Shown piece after piece: positions 53,540 through 64,000 of a stretch of 64,000 nt of DNA. The translations under genes were made by a program, and so were the position numbers. This DNA comes from Epithemia pelagica (lineage: Eukaryota; Protista; Bacillariophyta), in assembly GCA_946965045.2 (NCBI GenBank), contig OX337231.1:1860001-1924000 (forward strand). Reading direction: 5' to 3'. A model generated the notes under the pieces. The model saw nothing but the letters and a program-made list of their open reading frames with translations. It did no database searches and had not been told where the DNA came from. Each line of letters starts with the position of its first letter. Positions within the stretch are counted from its first letter, which is position 1.

Positions 53540-54972
53540 CCATCAGCTGGAAGCCCCATTTATGCCTGCTACCACGACTGTAGAAGTAAATTTCTTTCAG
53601 GGTTCATATTTATGTTGTTAGTTCTCTTTTCACCGTTTCTCACATCAATTTGAGTAAGGCTGTGTCGCCTCGTTTGTTTCGGTTGCGAGATATAATCGTC
53701 CAACAAAGGTAAAACCATCATCATCATATATTCCAGTTAAGAAAGAACGATTGCGACTGTGACTACTCGTGAGAGTATGGGCCAAGAAGAGATACAATAT
53801 CATGATGTTATAGGAGTAGGAGGTAGAGTGCAGTTGACTGGCTGGCCGCCAGCCAGCTGTGAAAAATCACCTCACAATACACAAACACCCAAATGACTCA
53901 AAAAGTAGCGCAATCGATAGCTCTTGGATAGAGCTATCCTAGGAAAAAATTTTTACAGAAAAATATTGATTAGTTGTGAAGTTACAAGCCCAAAACCACT
54001 TTCAGATCTGGCCCTTCAGTTTCAGCAAAGTTGACTGACTGGCCACCGTGATAAAAGCATGGTACGGCCCTAAATAAATGTTGTACGTGTTGTTACATGT
54101 ACATTACGGACTTGGGCTGCCAAAATAGGGCTCCACAGTCTCTGTAGAGTCAAAAGAGACACTCTGAAGAGTTGTTGTGGTTGACTGGCTGATTTGTTGC
54201 TGTGTAAAAGCAACAGATGATGCTCCAACCACTGGTCTTGCTTCGATTGTCCTCTGCCCATCCAGTCAGTCGTGTAAGTTTTCTAATAGTACTCCATAGG
54301 AGTCCATAGGAGATGCTCAAGAAGGGACTATGTGTCCCTGTTGTTGTTGTTATGAGCTTTAATAAGCTACTTTACATGTAATAGAACACGAACTTCACTC
54401 ATTCATTAGGCTAATTGAGGCTTGCCCTCATTGTGCACGGCAAAAAGGTAAGCTAGGTGTGCTATGTTACCGCAGTGTGGCGTGCGTCAACACTGCAATT
54501 TCTCCAATCGTGAAAAAAACACCGGATTCTGAGAGATCTCGACGAGAGCATCAGTTGTTGTACGAATCATTTTTACATTTGAGCAATTTTCAGATAAAAA
54601 AAATCCAGAAAGTTTAACACGATACTACCGTGGTGACCTGGCCAAATCCCAAACTGGCCACTTTTCAGCCTGGCCAAGTATTCAGCCGCACTCTAGAGGA
54701 GTACCTCTTGATGAAGTAATTAGAGAGAGGCGTTAATAGGAGTAGTTAATACCCACAATGATGATTGCGGCGCGTAGAGAGTAGGCACATCCTCAGTCGC
54801 ACATTCTGAACCAACCTTGACCAAAATCCAAAGTGCATCCGCAGAAAGATCTTCCGCTGATGTTGCTGCTGCTGCTCCTCCTGTCTCTTCCCTTTCGAAA
54901 CCCTACAGTCATACAAAAGAGAACCATTTTCACTAGCAACTTCCACATTGACAACTGATTCGAATTAACAAC

Positions 54973-55419
54973 ATGTCCTTGGTCCGAGTCGTGAGACTTC
55001 TCGTCGGTGCTGGAGCGGCTAAGCCGGGTCCAGCGATCGGACAGACACTCGGCCCTCTTGGGGTCAATATGGCCGAGTTTTGCAAGCAATTCAACGCAGA
55101 GACCGAAAAAATTTACAAGAAAGAGACTCCCGTGACAGTCTTTCTGTCCGCAATGTCTGATCGGTCATTTACTTTCAATGTCAGGACTCCTCCGACAAGC
55201 TACCTAATAAAACGAGCAGCTGGAATGGAGAAAGGTTCTGGAAGAGCAAACATAAACAACCCATCGGGATATATTACCCCGGAAGCGGTTTACGAGATTG
55301 CCAAAATCAAACAGATGGATGGGCATTTAAGTTCACTTCCCCTTCGTAGTATCGCCAGATCTGTGGTCGGAACATGTCGAAGTCTCGGGGTGGTTGTGAG
55401 GGAAGCCGAAAGCGAGTAA
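54973..55419 (+). CDS. rplK: Ribosomal protein uL11 (bacterial type, probably mitochondrial)
   Basis: AGAAKPGPAIG...LGVNMAEFCKQFN, FNVRTPPTS, VVGTCRSLG. Confidence 0.92.
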   Translation: MSLVRVVRLLVGAGAAKPGPAIGQTLGPLGVNMAEFCKQFNAETEKIYKKETPVTVFLSAMSDRSFTFNVRTPPTSYLIKRAAGMEKGSGRANINNPSGYITPEAVYEIAKIKQMDGHLSSLPLRSIARSVVGTCRSLGVVVREAESE

Positions 55420-56046
55420 GCTACCTACGTCTAACACTCCACTCGTATAGAAACACACTTACAGGTGAAGCTTGCCATGTAATATCAACTCATACGTCGG
55501 TCAAAGATCTCCCCCTGAAATTACGGAAACAGATGTCTTCCATCGAGGTGAAGAACTGGAAGTTGGTTTCAGTCTGTGTCTCACCTACCACAAATGAAGT
55601 TCTTCGCCTCAGGAATGTTCGTAAGGAAAATCTGAGTAGACAAGAGAAATTGAAAATACCCTCTCCCTTCGTCATCGTACTCCTCCCCCCAGGAGTAGCT
55701 AGGTGGGCGAGGAAGGCGGAATCAGGTAGTCTAGTCCGGTATCTTTTCAGCGCATGAAAGAAATGGCGCGCCGGCGTAAGGTATGAGAACTCTTGCGCGT
55801 CGGCCGTGCCTCATTTCTTGTTGATCTTGTTGAACGATCACAAAAAATCCCGTTCAACTTCCTTCAGTCCGTTCCAAGAAAAATTGGACATCCGAGGTTC
55901 GAAAATACTTGGACTCATCAATTGTCTTACCTAACGGATCACTTCGATCGAGTCGCACCGGTGATTGGATCACGTTGGATAACTCACAATATCCTTCTGT
56001 CCATGCCAAATAGAGATCACGGCTGCCGTTTCGAGATTCAATAACC

Positions 56047-57483
56047 ATGGCTTCCTTGAAAGCGCTCGTTGCATCTTTGTTCTTCTACGGTGCCCGGGGC
56101 TCAGTAGCGGAAGAAGGCCTGTCAGAAGTCAAACCAGAGGACCGGTCTCTGCAAATGGGCAAGAAAGCTGCCTTTGCTTCTCACTTCAAAAACAAAGGGG
56201 GACATTATTATTATGACGATCTATACTATTACGACGATGTCTACCACGGAGGCGGTGGAAAGAAGGGTGGACGACACAAGGGTGGAAACTACAAAGGTGA
56301 CATGTACTATGATGACTTCTACTATGACGACTATTATGGCGGATACGACGACTATTATCATGGTGGCTCTAGTGGCAAAAAGGGTGGGAAATACAAAGGT
56401 GGAATGTCATACGACGACTACTACTACGATGATTATTATGGCGGATACGACGATTACTATCATGGTGGCTCTAGTGGTAAAAAGGGTGGTCGGTATAAGG
56501 GTGGCTATAAGGGTGCCTATAAAGGTGCCTATGATGATTACTACTACGACGATTATTACGGTGGACATGACGACTATCACTATGGATATGGAGGTAAGAA
56601 GGGCGGACAATACAAAGGTGGTGTTGCCTACGATGACTACTACTACGACGACTATCATGGTGGATACGGGGGATACGATGACTACTACTACGACTATGGG
56701 TATGGGGGCAAGAAGGGGGGACAACACAAAGGTGGAGCATACAAAGGCGGCTACGACGACTACTATTATGACGACTATCATGGGTATGACGACTACTACT
56801 ATGGTCCACCTGAAGGACATCCGCCATATTCGGACTGTTACAAGTCGAATCATGGAGGAAAGAAGAACTCGAACTTCTACAACTACTACTGTCCTCATCC
56901 ACCAAGAGCTTCCCCCGTGCATCCCCCGCCGACCATTCCTACTGAAGCCAACTTCAGATGCGAGAATGCAACAGACTGTAGTTCAGACCTACAGTGTTTC
57001 GGAGTTGGGTGTGATTGCTTCGCTTTTACTTGTGTCACCGCGGCTCCGTTACGAATCTCACTTGCGTGGCAAGGAACTGGTAAGTCGATGCTTTGCTGAA
57101 TCCGACTTGATTTGTCTCGTTCTCACAGTGAATATTCATTACTTGCAGGAGATCTCGATCTTGCCGTTGTCACACCGACGCACGAAATTGTATCTGCATT
57201 TGATCATCCTCAAAGTGGTTCTGGATTTTTCGACCCTATTACTTTCAAACAACAAGGATCCGTCTTTGACGATTTCATCTACGTGGAGAGTATATACTTC
57301 CCTTCCACACCCGTACCCGGTACCTATGTTGTCGTCATTTCTCAAAAGGGTGGACCATATCCTGCGGATGATAACTTTATGATAGGCGTGTACCGTGGTG
57401 AAGAAGAAGTCGACTTTGACATGGGCATATTTTTTGCGGGATCTACGGAGCAAGAGCAAGTCTACTACATTCCAATCAGTTAG
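56047..57483 (+). CDS. Secreted Tyr/Asp/Gly/Lys block-repeat protein, paralog of 52510-53539; intron 57080-57148
   Basis: Signal peptide, RSL motif, six YDDYY blocks alternating with five GKKGG blocks, Cys-rich segment, LRISLAWQG-GDLDLAVVTP...ESIYFP...GTY. Confidence 0.85.
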
Positions 57484-57832
57484 ACTCCAACAAGGGTTCA
57501 ATCAACGGGACCAAAGACACTGTAGGAGTGCGTTTGGAACATCATATTCTTCCTGCTTCGAAGAAGCTCAGATTGTAGTAATAGCATGTTCAATTTTCTA
57601 CTTCAACGCTAGCCATGGGCATGTAACCCTACCGTAGGAACTACCTATTCCTTTTGGGAAATGGGACATACTCCTACAAACTTGAACGGGGGCGCCATCC
57701 TCCATTATCGGGGTTGTTGTGGGGGGCCACGTCAGCCGAACGTGTGAAGTGTGAACGCCTCGAGAAATCGGCATTCGGCATTTTCTCTTTCGTGCTCTTG
57801 GATCACGCAACGACGATAGGAATAGGAGCAAC

Positions 57833-59629
57833 ATGACGTACTGCTTCCTGAGATTAGCAACCACCATTGGGGCCCTTGTTGTCACTTCCTCTTTTGTTGC
57901 GGGGGAGTCGAGCGCCGATGTTATTGACGTTGGCAACGACGTTTGGAGAGAGAATCCATTCGTATCGCTTCCCAAAGATTTCTGGCTTCCGGAAAGCTTG
58001 ACTGAGACAGATCTGTGGACCAATATGAAGTGGAAGGATGTAGAGGGATGTTGTCAGATTGCAGAGGAAGAGGGTGCATCCAGCGATAATACTGGGAAAA
58101 CATGTTCATTGCAGGACAATACTCTTCATCGCAGGATTATCGGCAAGCTGCCCCAATTCAGCACAGAGAGTACTCTTCACGTACTCGACCAAGCATCACG
58201 GGCGTGGAATGGTGGTATGGGAGAATGGACGAAAATGACAATGGAGCAGCGTATAGTGTCCATTCGTCAGGTCTTTGACGAACTCAAGAAACGTCGTGAA
58301 GAAATTGTCGAGGCACTCATGTGGGAAATTGGCAAGAATCGACCAGACGCAGAATCAGAATTTGACCGAACGGTAAAGTTTGCCATGTCGGTCATTGATG
58401 TTATCCGCAAGGACCCTGAAATTTCCAATTCTTCATGGCAGACTATCGGAAATACGCATGCACTTGTTCGTCGCGCTGCCCTTGGTGTAATTTTGTGCCT
58501 AGGTCCATACAATTACCCCATCAACGAGACGTACGCCACTTTGATCCCTGCTTTGCTGATGGGCAACATCTGCATCTTAAAGATCCCATCAGTTGGTGGC
58601 GTGGCCCATCTGCTGACAATGAAAGCTTTTGCAAAAGTGTTACCTCCAGGTACTATCAACTTTGTGGCTGGTCCCGGTAGTTCGACTGTCCCTCCCTTGA
58701 TGAAGTCAGGGAAAATTGATGGTCTTGCTTTCATCGGTGGATCCGATGTAGCAGATACTCTTATCAAAGACCACCCGCATCCTCACCGCCTCAAGGTGTT
58801 TCTTCAACTGGAGGCAAACAATATGGCCATTTATCTTCCCGATCTTTTTCATGGACAAACAGTTTCGGGAGCCTTGAAGAACGCTCTTGAGCAGGCCATC
58901 GTTGGAAGTCTGTCTTACAATGGGCAACGCTGTACTGCCCTCAAACTGCACATGGTACCGCGGGCGCACGCAGAATTCTTTGCGGCCAAGATGGCAGAGC
59001 GTGTTGAATCATTGTTAGTTGGTCTCCAATGGCAACAGGATGCTTCTACAGGGAAATATTCGGACGTGACACCGCTGCCAAATAAAAAACGAATCACCTA
59101 CATGAAGGAATTATTGGAAGATGCATTATCGAAGGGAGCAAAAGTGATAAACAAAGATGGCGGCAAAGTTCTTGGTGGTTTGGAGAGCACCTTGATGGTC
59201 CCAGCGGTCCTGTATCCTGTATCAAGTGATATGCGCATTTATCACGAGGAGCAATTTGGGCCATTGATTCCGATAACAGCCTACGATAGTCTTGAAACAG
59301 TGATTGAGTTCGGACGTGATGGAATATACGCCCAACAGGTCTCCATCTTTGGTACAGACGCGGAACTGGTTTCGCCTCTGATTGATTCTTTTGCAGCCGT
59401 TTTTGGAAAAATCAACCTGAATAGTCAGTGTGGAAGATCACCGGATTCGCTGCCATTTTCGGGGCGGCGGTCATCCGCAATGGGCGTCATGTCTGTCAAG
59501 GATGCCTTGAAAGAGTTCTCAACACCCACTGTTGTAGCCTACAAGGAAAGTGCTCATGACGGTACAATGAATGAAAAATTGGTGGAGACACTACAGAGCT
59601 CAGTCAACTTTATGCAACCGGTGACATAA
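57833..59629 (+). CDS. Aldehyde dehydrogenase, non-phosphorylating GAPDH (GAPN)-like, with N-terminal hydrophobic leader
   Basis: GPYNYPINE, LAFIGGS, YNGQRCTA catalytic Cys, HEEQFGP. Confidence 0.85.
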   Translation: MTYCFLRLATTIGALVVTSSFVAGESSADVIDVGNDVWRENPFVSLPKDFWLPESLTETDLWTNMKWKDVEGCCQIAEEEGASSDNTGKTCSLQDNTLHRRIIGKLPQFSTESTLHVLDQASRAWNGGMGEWTKMTMEQRIVSIRQVFDELKKRREEIVEALMWEIGKNRPDAESEFDRTVKFAMSVIDVIRKDPEISNSSWQTIGNTHALVRRAALGVILCLGPYNYPINETYATLIPALLMGNICILKIPSVGGVAHLLTMKAFAKVLPPGTINFVAGPGSSTVPPLMKSGKIDGLAFIGGSDVADTLIKDHPHPHRLKVFLQLEANNMAIYLPDLFHGQTVSGALKNALEQAIVGSLSYNGQRCTALKLHMVPRAHAEFFAAKMAERVESLLVGLQWQQDASTGKYSDVTPLPNKKRITYMKELLEDALSKGAKVINKDGGKVLGGLESTLMVPAVLYPVSSDMRIYHEEQFGPLIPITAYDSLETVIEFGRDGIYAQQVSIFGTDAELVSPLIDSFAAVFGKINLNSQCGRSPDSLPFSGRRSSAMGVMSVKDALKEFSTPTVVAYKESAHDGTMNEKLVETLQSSVNFMQPVT

Positions 59630-59720
59630 TCTATTGCGGGTACTAAATCATTTAATTTCTACCCTGCTGACATGGATTTGCCGCTTCTATGGGGCTTTCA
59701 ACAATGGGACTGTCTTGCTT

Positions 59721-60245
59721 TTATTCTGAATGCTGCTCTTTTAGGCTTTGCTCACTTGCTTGATCTCGTTCGTACCTCCAAACCCATGGATTCTTTGTCT
59801 CCTTTGCTAGATTCACAGTATCAATCCATGTTCTGCAACGAAGATGAGTTTGGCGCAAAATATCTTCATCCCTTGCCAAGACATTCTGTACATGGATTCT
59901 CGTCTGGGGATTGCAGTCCATATATACGCTGACGAATCGTCCCTTCTCAAAATACCGTTCTCCCAATCCGTCAGGGTGCTTGGCTTTGAATCGCACTGGC
60001 ACAGCCCTCACTCCATGATTGTGAATTGCCCTCACAAGGCCACCACCCTTCACAACTTCATGTGAAACCTCCTTCATGATCTTTGTCAGTTTCCAAAATG
60101 CTACACACACATACACAAGGAACACAGAAAGACATGCAAGCAAGTCTGATGAGAGTGTCAAAGCCAAACCCAAGCCGTTTCCAATTGTGGTCGATAACTT
60201 ACGAGTATAGGGTTTGGAAGTGACTACTACTTCATAGGCGACCAT
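59721..60245 (-). CDS. rpsF: Ribosomal protein bS6 (probably mitochondrial); intron 60101-60202
   Basis: MVAYEVVV, GGGLVRAIHNHGVRAVPVRFK, LARDEDILR. Confidence 0.8.
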   Translation of the reverse strand: MVAYEVVVTSKPYTRKLSTTIGNGLGLALTLSSDLLACLSVFLVYVCVAFWKLTKIMKEVSHEVVKGGGLVRAIHNHGVRAVPVRFKAKHPDGLGERYFEKGRFVSVYMDCNPQTRIHVQNVLARDEDILRQTHLRCRTWIDTVNLAKETKNPWVWRYERDQASEQSLKEQHSE

Positions 60246-60544
60246 GGTATATTGTGATGAACCTGGATGTTGCGATGTGGAAATTCTGTGGGGTATCTTT
60301 TTCACCGAAGTCCCATGGTCGGGTACAACCAATGGACGGCTGTCGCCACTCCCAACAAGACACCCTCAATTTTGTGCGACTCCACGTGTTGTGCGACTGA
60401 TGGCAACAGACCAATCGCCCCACTTGTAGCTAAGGAAATCTAATGAAACGGTGGGGGGATAGTTGCAATCGGAATCGGAACCAAAGATGTGTTCGACCTT
60501 GATCTTCGAACACAAGACACAAGAGACATGCTGTCTTCTCGGCA

Positions 60545-61225
60545 ATGATGAACATCCCGGTTTTGCAAGTGACTCGACCACTCTCACACTCTTTGGCCAC
60601 AGCGAACTTTCAACAAGCCACGATCGGCATGACTCGTTCCATCACCACAAAACCAATCAAAGCTGCAGAAGCACCTGCCAGAAAAGGTACAATCTATCCT
60701 CAAGAGTTTGCCAACGCTGTCATGGGACGATCCAAGGCCAAGCTTGGAGACCTTTTCGGACTCTCTAACTTTGGTGTCAACTATACGACAATCGAACCAG
60801 GATCATCTTCCGCGCTGCTTCACTACCATCAAACTCAAGATGAATTCGTTTATGTTCTGGAAGGAGAAGCAACTCTCTATCGCCATCATTGCTCGACCGA
60901 CACTACGAAGTCACTGAAAAGCACTGGTGAAAATGATGAAGCACCACCCGAAGAAGAAAAGACGATTGTCACAGCGGGAGAATGTATTGGATTTCCAGCA
61001 GGACTTGCAGTAGCCCATTCCATTTGCAACGAGTCAAGCCAGATTCTAAGAATTTTGGAGATTGGAGACAGGTCTCCTAATGATCGAGTGGAATATCCCA
61101 AAGATGACTTAAAGGCCTCAATGGGCGACTATGGCCATTGGAAGTTTACTCACAAGGACGGCACACCTTACGAAAAATGGATTTCTGACACTGTCAAGTT
61201 CTTAGTAGACAACAAGCCGAAATAG
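60545..61225 (+). CDS. Cupin-domain protein of bacterial type
   Basis: FGVNYTTIEPG...HYHQTQDEFVYVLEGE...GFPAG..AH cupin metal motifs; intronless. Confidence 0.8.
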   Translation: MMNIPVLQVTRPLSHSLATANFQQATIGMTRSITTKPIKAAEAPARKGTIYPQEFANAVMGRSKAKLGDLFGLSNFGVNYTTIEPGSSSALLHYHQTQDEFVYVLEGEATLYRHHCSTDTTKSLKSTGENDEAPPEEEKTIVTAGECIGFPAGLAVAHSICNESSQILRILEIGDRSPNDRVEYPKDDLKASMGDYGHWKFTHKDGTPYEKWISDTVKFLVDNKPK

Positions 61226-61299
61226 AGACATTACATTGGACAAAGAACTAGGACTGCAAAAGACAGTGTTTGAAAGGGTACGTTTCTAGGCTACTACTT

Positions 61300-62891
61300 T
61301 TACAAACGACACACATATGAAGAGGATTGTGTCACGTATCGTACCCAACGGTATGGTGTGTATCCGACCATGTTTTCTGCCACTCGTAGGTATCTCACTT
61401 GAAGATTGGACACATTGTACATGGGGATCTCAAAGCACATGTTGATGGGACCAAGTTGTTGACGCCACTGTGTCGTAACAGGCTTATCCAATGAAATCTT
61501 TGCTCGCATCGTTTGTTCACCACCACCAATGAACTTCTTCATGGTCCAAACAATCTTGTGCGAGGACGCGGTGTATTCAGCATGGGCATAACCTGTTCCT
61601 GGTGCAGTGATGAGACTGCACGAAACTCCAGCCACACCAGTCTTGGGCATGGGAATCTCTACGGATACATTGGCACCAAAATGATTCGACGCCATTTCCC
61701 CTCGAATCAGAACAACCAACTCAATCTTTTTCGGTTCCTTCTCTTCAATGCTAGGAAAGATTCGAAATGGAGTTGCAAATTCTCCCGTAATACGATAGTT
61801 GAGCACGACAAATTCTCCATCTGGTGGGATAAAGGACAAGGTTCGAGCCGTCTCGAACTCCGTTAGATTGACGCAATCGTTAAAGTTCATGTCGTCCACC
61901 TTTGCCGCAGAATTGCTTCCACCGTATACGCCTCGCGGAACTTCCTTCCCTACCACCAAATCCTCATTTAGGGCAAGTCTTAGTTGTGGATTGCCGGCCA
62001 AGTAGGATTTCATTTGAATGCAACCGTCAATGGTGGAATTCAACACATATCCATTGTTCGAGAAAAGGACGTTCAGTCGTTCAAGAATGTCAACAAAGAT
62101 TTCATTCTTTTGTTGAGTACTAGAGCCGCCACCACCCAAACCTCCACTTCTCGCCGCAGCAATGACAGGTTTGTGAACGGCGTTGGCCGATGCGGTTTTA
62201 GGGTTTACCATATTCCCTGTGTTCACCACAGGCTCCACTACGATGGGCTCATTGTACACAAAGGATTTCAAGTTTTCCGTCCGAGTCACTTGGGGATAGC
62301 CATAGTCAATCATTTCGTCAAGAAGTTCATAGCAAAGAATAAAGTTCTTTCTCAGTGCCTCTTCTGATAACGTACCACAATAATCTTTGAATATCCTGGC
62401 AATTGTTGAGAGGAGCTGAATGAAAAACGAAAAATTATATGGTTGGTGTTGATTGAAGAAACAAGGCCAGAGTCAGAATAACTGCAACAAAGACGGAAAT
62501 GTGGCCTCATTTTGTAAACATAAACAGTATTGACCAGGGTGCTCACCTCAATGACAGTATTTGGACTGACATTCCGTGCGGTCGAGGCACCAAATATAAG
62601 GCCATTCCGTCTGACATGAAAATACGTCAGTCCATCTTGCATGAGCAATACGGGTGGTGCATCTCCCGTACGAGTTTGTGATGTAGATTGAGCCTGTGGT
62701 TCCGACGAAGAGTCGGTCGACGTGACGACGGCCTGGTCATCTTTGGAGGCCATGTCATCCCAAAACTTGATTTTTCGAAAGAGTGCTTCCGTATGCGATC
62801 GTTCGTGGGCAGCTGTCCCTGATGAACTTCGATATTGTTTGGCCAATATCGTATCACCACGGGGTGACAACACAAAAAAGTTGCTAATCAT
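61300..62891 (-). CDS. AP4M1: AP-4 complex mu subunit; intron 62416-62546
   Basis: MISNFFVLSPRGD, spliced NFILCYELLDEMIDYGYPQ, KNEIFVDILE, SFIPPDGEF, YRWVRYVT. Confidence 0.9.
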
Positions 62892-64000
62892 TGTTCACTG
62901 CGCCGTCTACAATCTCTGTTGATTATCTCTCTCACTTCACGTTCTCTCAATGATTGGATAAAACGTTTTGATGAGGTGGAAATGAATTGCGGAAGAGAAT
63001 CTCCCAAGGTTGTTCAGGATATCCAAAATGCCGACGTTGGCAACGGGAATGACTTTTCGTTACTTCGCTCTCACTTTGGGTCACAAAAGCAACAACACTG
63101 TCTTCTCTCCAAAAGTTGATTGAATCGAGTAAAGACTGTCTCTTTTCTGTCAGATGTGATTGGTCCTGTTGTCTTTCCAGGCAAAACTAATATCACACCT
63201 TCGTCTTCGAAAAGGCAAGGAGAAACACCAACAGCAAGGACACGGTGCTCGTTGCCTTCTTCCAACAATGCCAGAAAAGGCGAAAGATTTCGGTGTGGCG
63301 TGTTGCGTGTATCGGCGCGTGGTTTCCCGTCCTGCGCGGTGCGCCGGGTTGTATCATATGTTGATCGTAATAGGGTTGGGGATATTATGAGGTAAGGAGA
63401 TTCCGGGTTCGTTTAGACTCACGTAGAATTCCACGCTCAGTTTGTACTACAATTTCGGATGGATTCCTGTAGAATTTGAACGGTGATTTTGTACCACCAG
63501 AAGTTTGACACGATTCCTGCAGCAACCACCGCAAATCATTTGCTTCGATTGTTTGCTCGTTTTGTTGTCGAGGTGGTCACATGGAGCCTCATGATTCAGC
63601 TAGAGGCTGCGTTTGTGACAGATGAAGTTGCTCCCGCTGAACAAAAGACAACGTACATTCGTAACCATATCTCCTCTGTGAAACTGCGTTTGAGTAATAA
63701 GGACAATGGATTGCCTTGTGGAACGAGCACGTGTGAGATTGGATCCGAACGAAACTGTCCGGCAAATTGAGACACCTCTTATAGTGACTTTTTCCGAGTA
63801 AGTTGCCGTGTTGTCTTTTCTCGCAGTTGCTGTGATCACCCCTCGTGTTCAGTAAATAGATATTCTGGAGCTTGATTGTGCATGTCGAGTATTGTTCCTG
63901 CATTCAACACGTGAGTAATACCAGCAGACTCAGAAACCTGTCCTCCGAGCCACGGCATAATCTCGAAATGAGGGACTGCAGCTTTCCGTGAAAAGGTTTA

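Noticed and set aside
56174-57382. 402-aa Thr/Ile/Met-rich ORF and similar ORFs at 52703 and 44104
   Set aside because: Alternative-frame readings of TAC/GAC repeats; the real frames have signal peptides, domains and splice sites
62919-64000. Short ORFs at the right end
   Set aside because: All are 104 aa or less, on both strands and without motifs; no consistent exon chain could be built

Overview
Eukaryotic nuclear DNA from a diatom: Lhcf antenna gene, ASAFAP-type plastid presequences and 59-131 bp GT-AG introns. The species cannot be determined from sequence alone. Bases 1-16018 are a transposon cluster. YR-1 is a 5'-truncated tyrosine-recombinase (YR) retrotransposon. Its RT-RNaseH ORF begins with a degenerate C5-cytosine-methyltransferase-like domain, its YR gene carries a nonsense codon, and its last terminal repeat is interrupted by a 1.4-kb TIR element. 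YR-2 (8422-16018) is a second, unrelated and apparently intact Ngaro/PAT-type element with identical split direct repeats (A1-ORFs-B1-A2-B2). Bases 16-64 kb are gene-dense host DNA: NDH2, Lhcf, MnmG, a TPR protein, a PstS-like protein, a UBE2W-like E2, eEF1B-gamma, DNA2, KCS, a cyclophilin, PLRG1, uL11m, a GAPN-like ALDH, bS6m, a cupin and AP4-mu. A 9064-bp Ty1/Copia element with identical LTRs and non-canonical AG...CT ends sits inside a cyclophilin intron. Two paralogous secreted Tyr/Asp/Gly/Lys block-repeat proteins carry RXL motifs. The best leads are the methyltransferase-like retrotransposon domain, the AG...CT Copia, features shared by the two YR elements (in-frame TGA at gag-pol, C-tract before B2), and the Y-rich secreted pair. 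All protein calls rest on motif recognition by eye; no database search was run.
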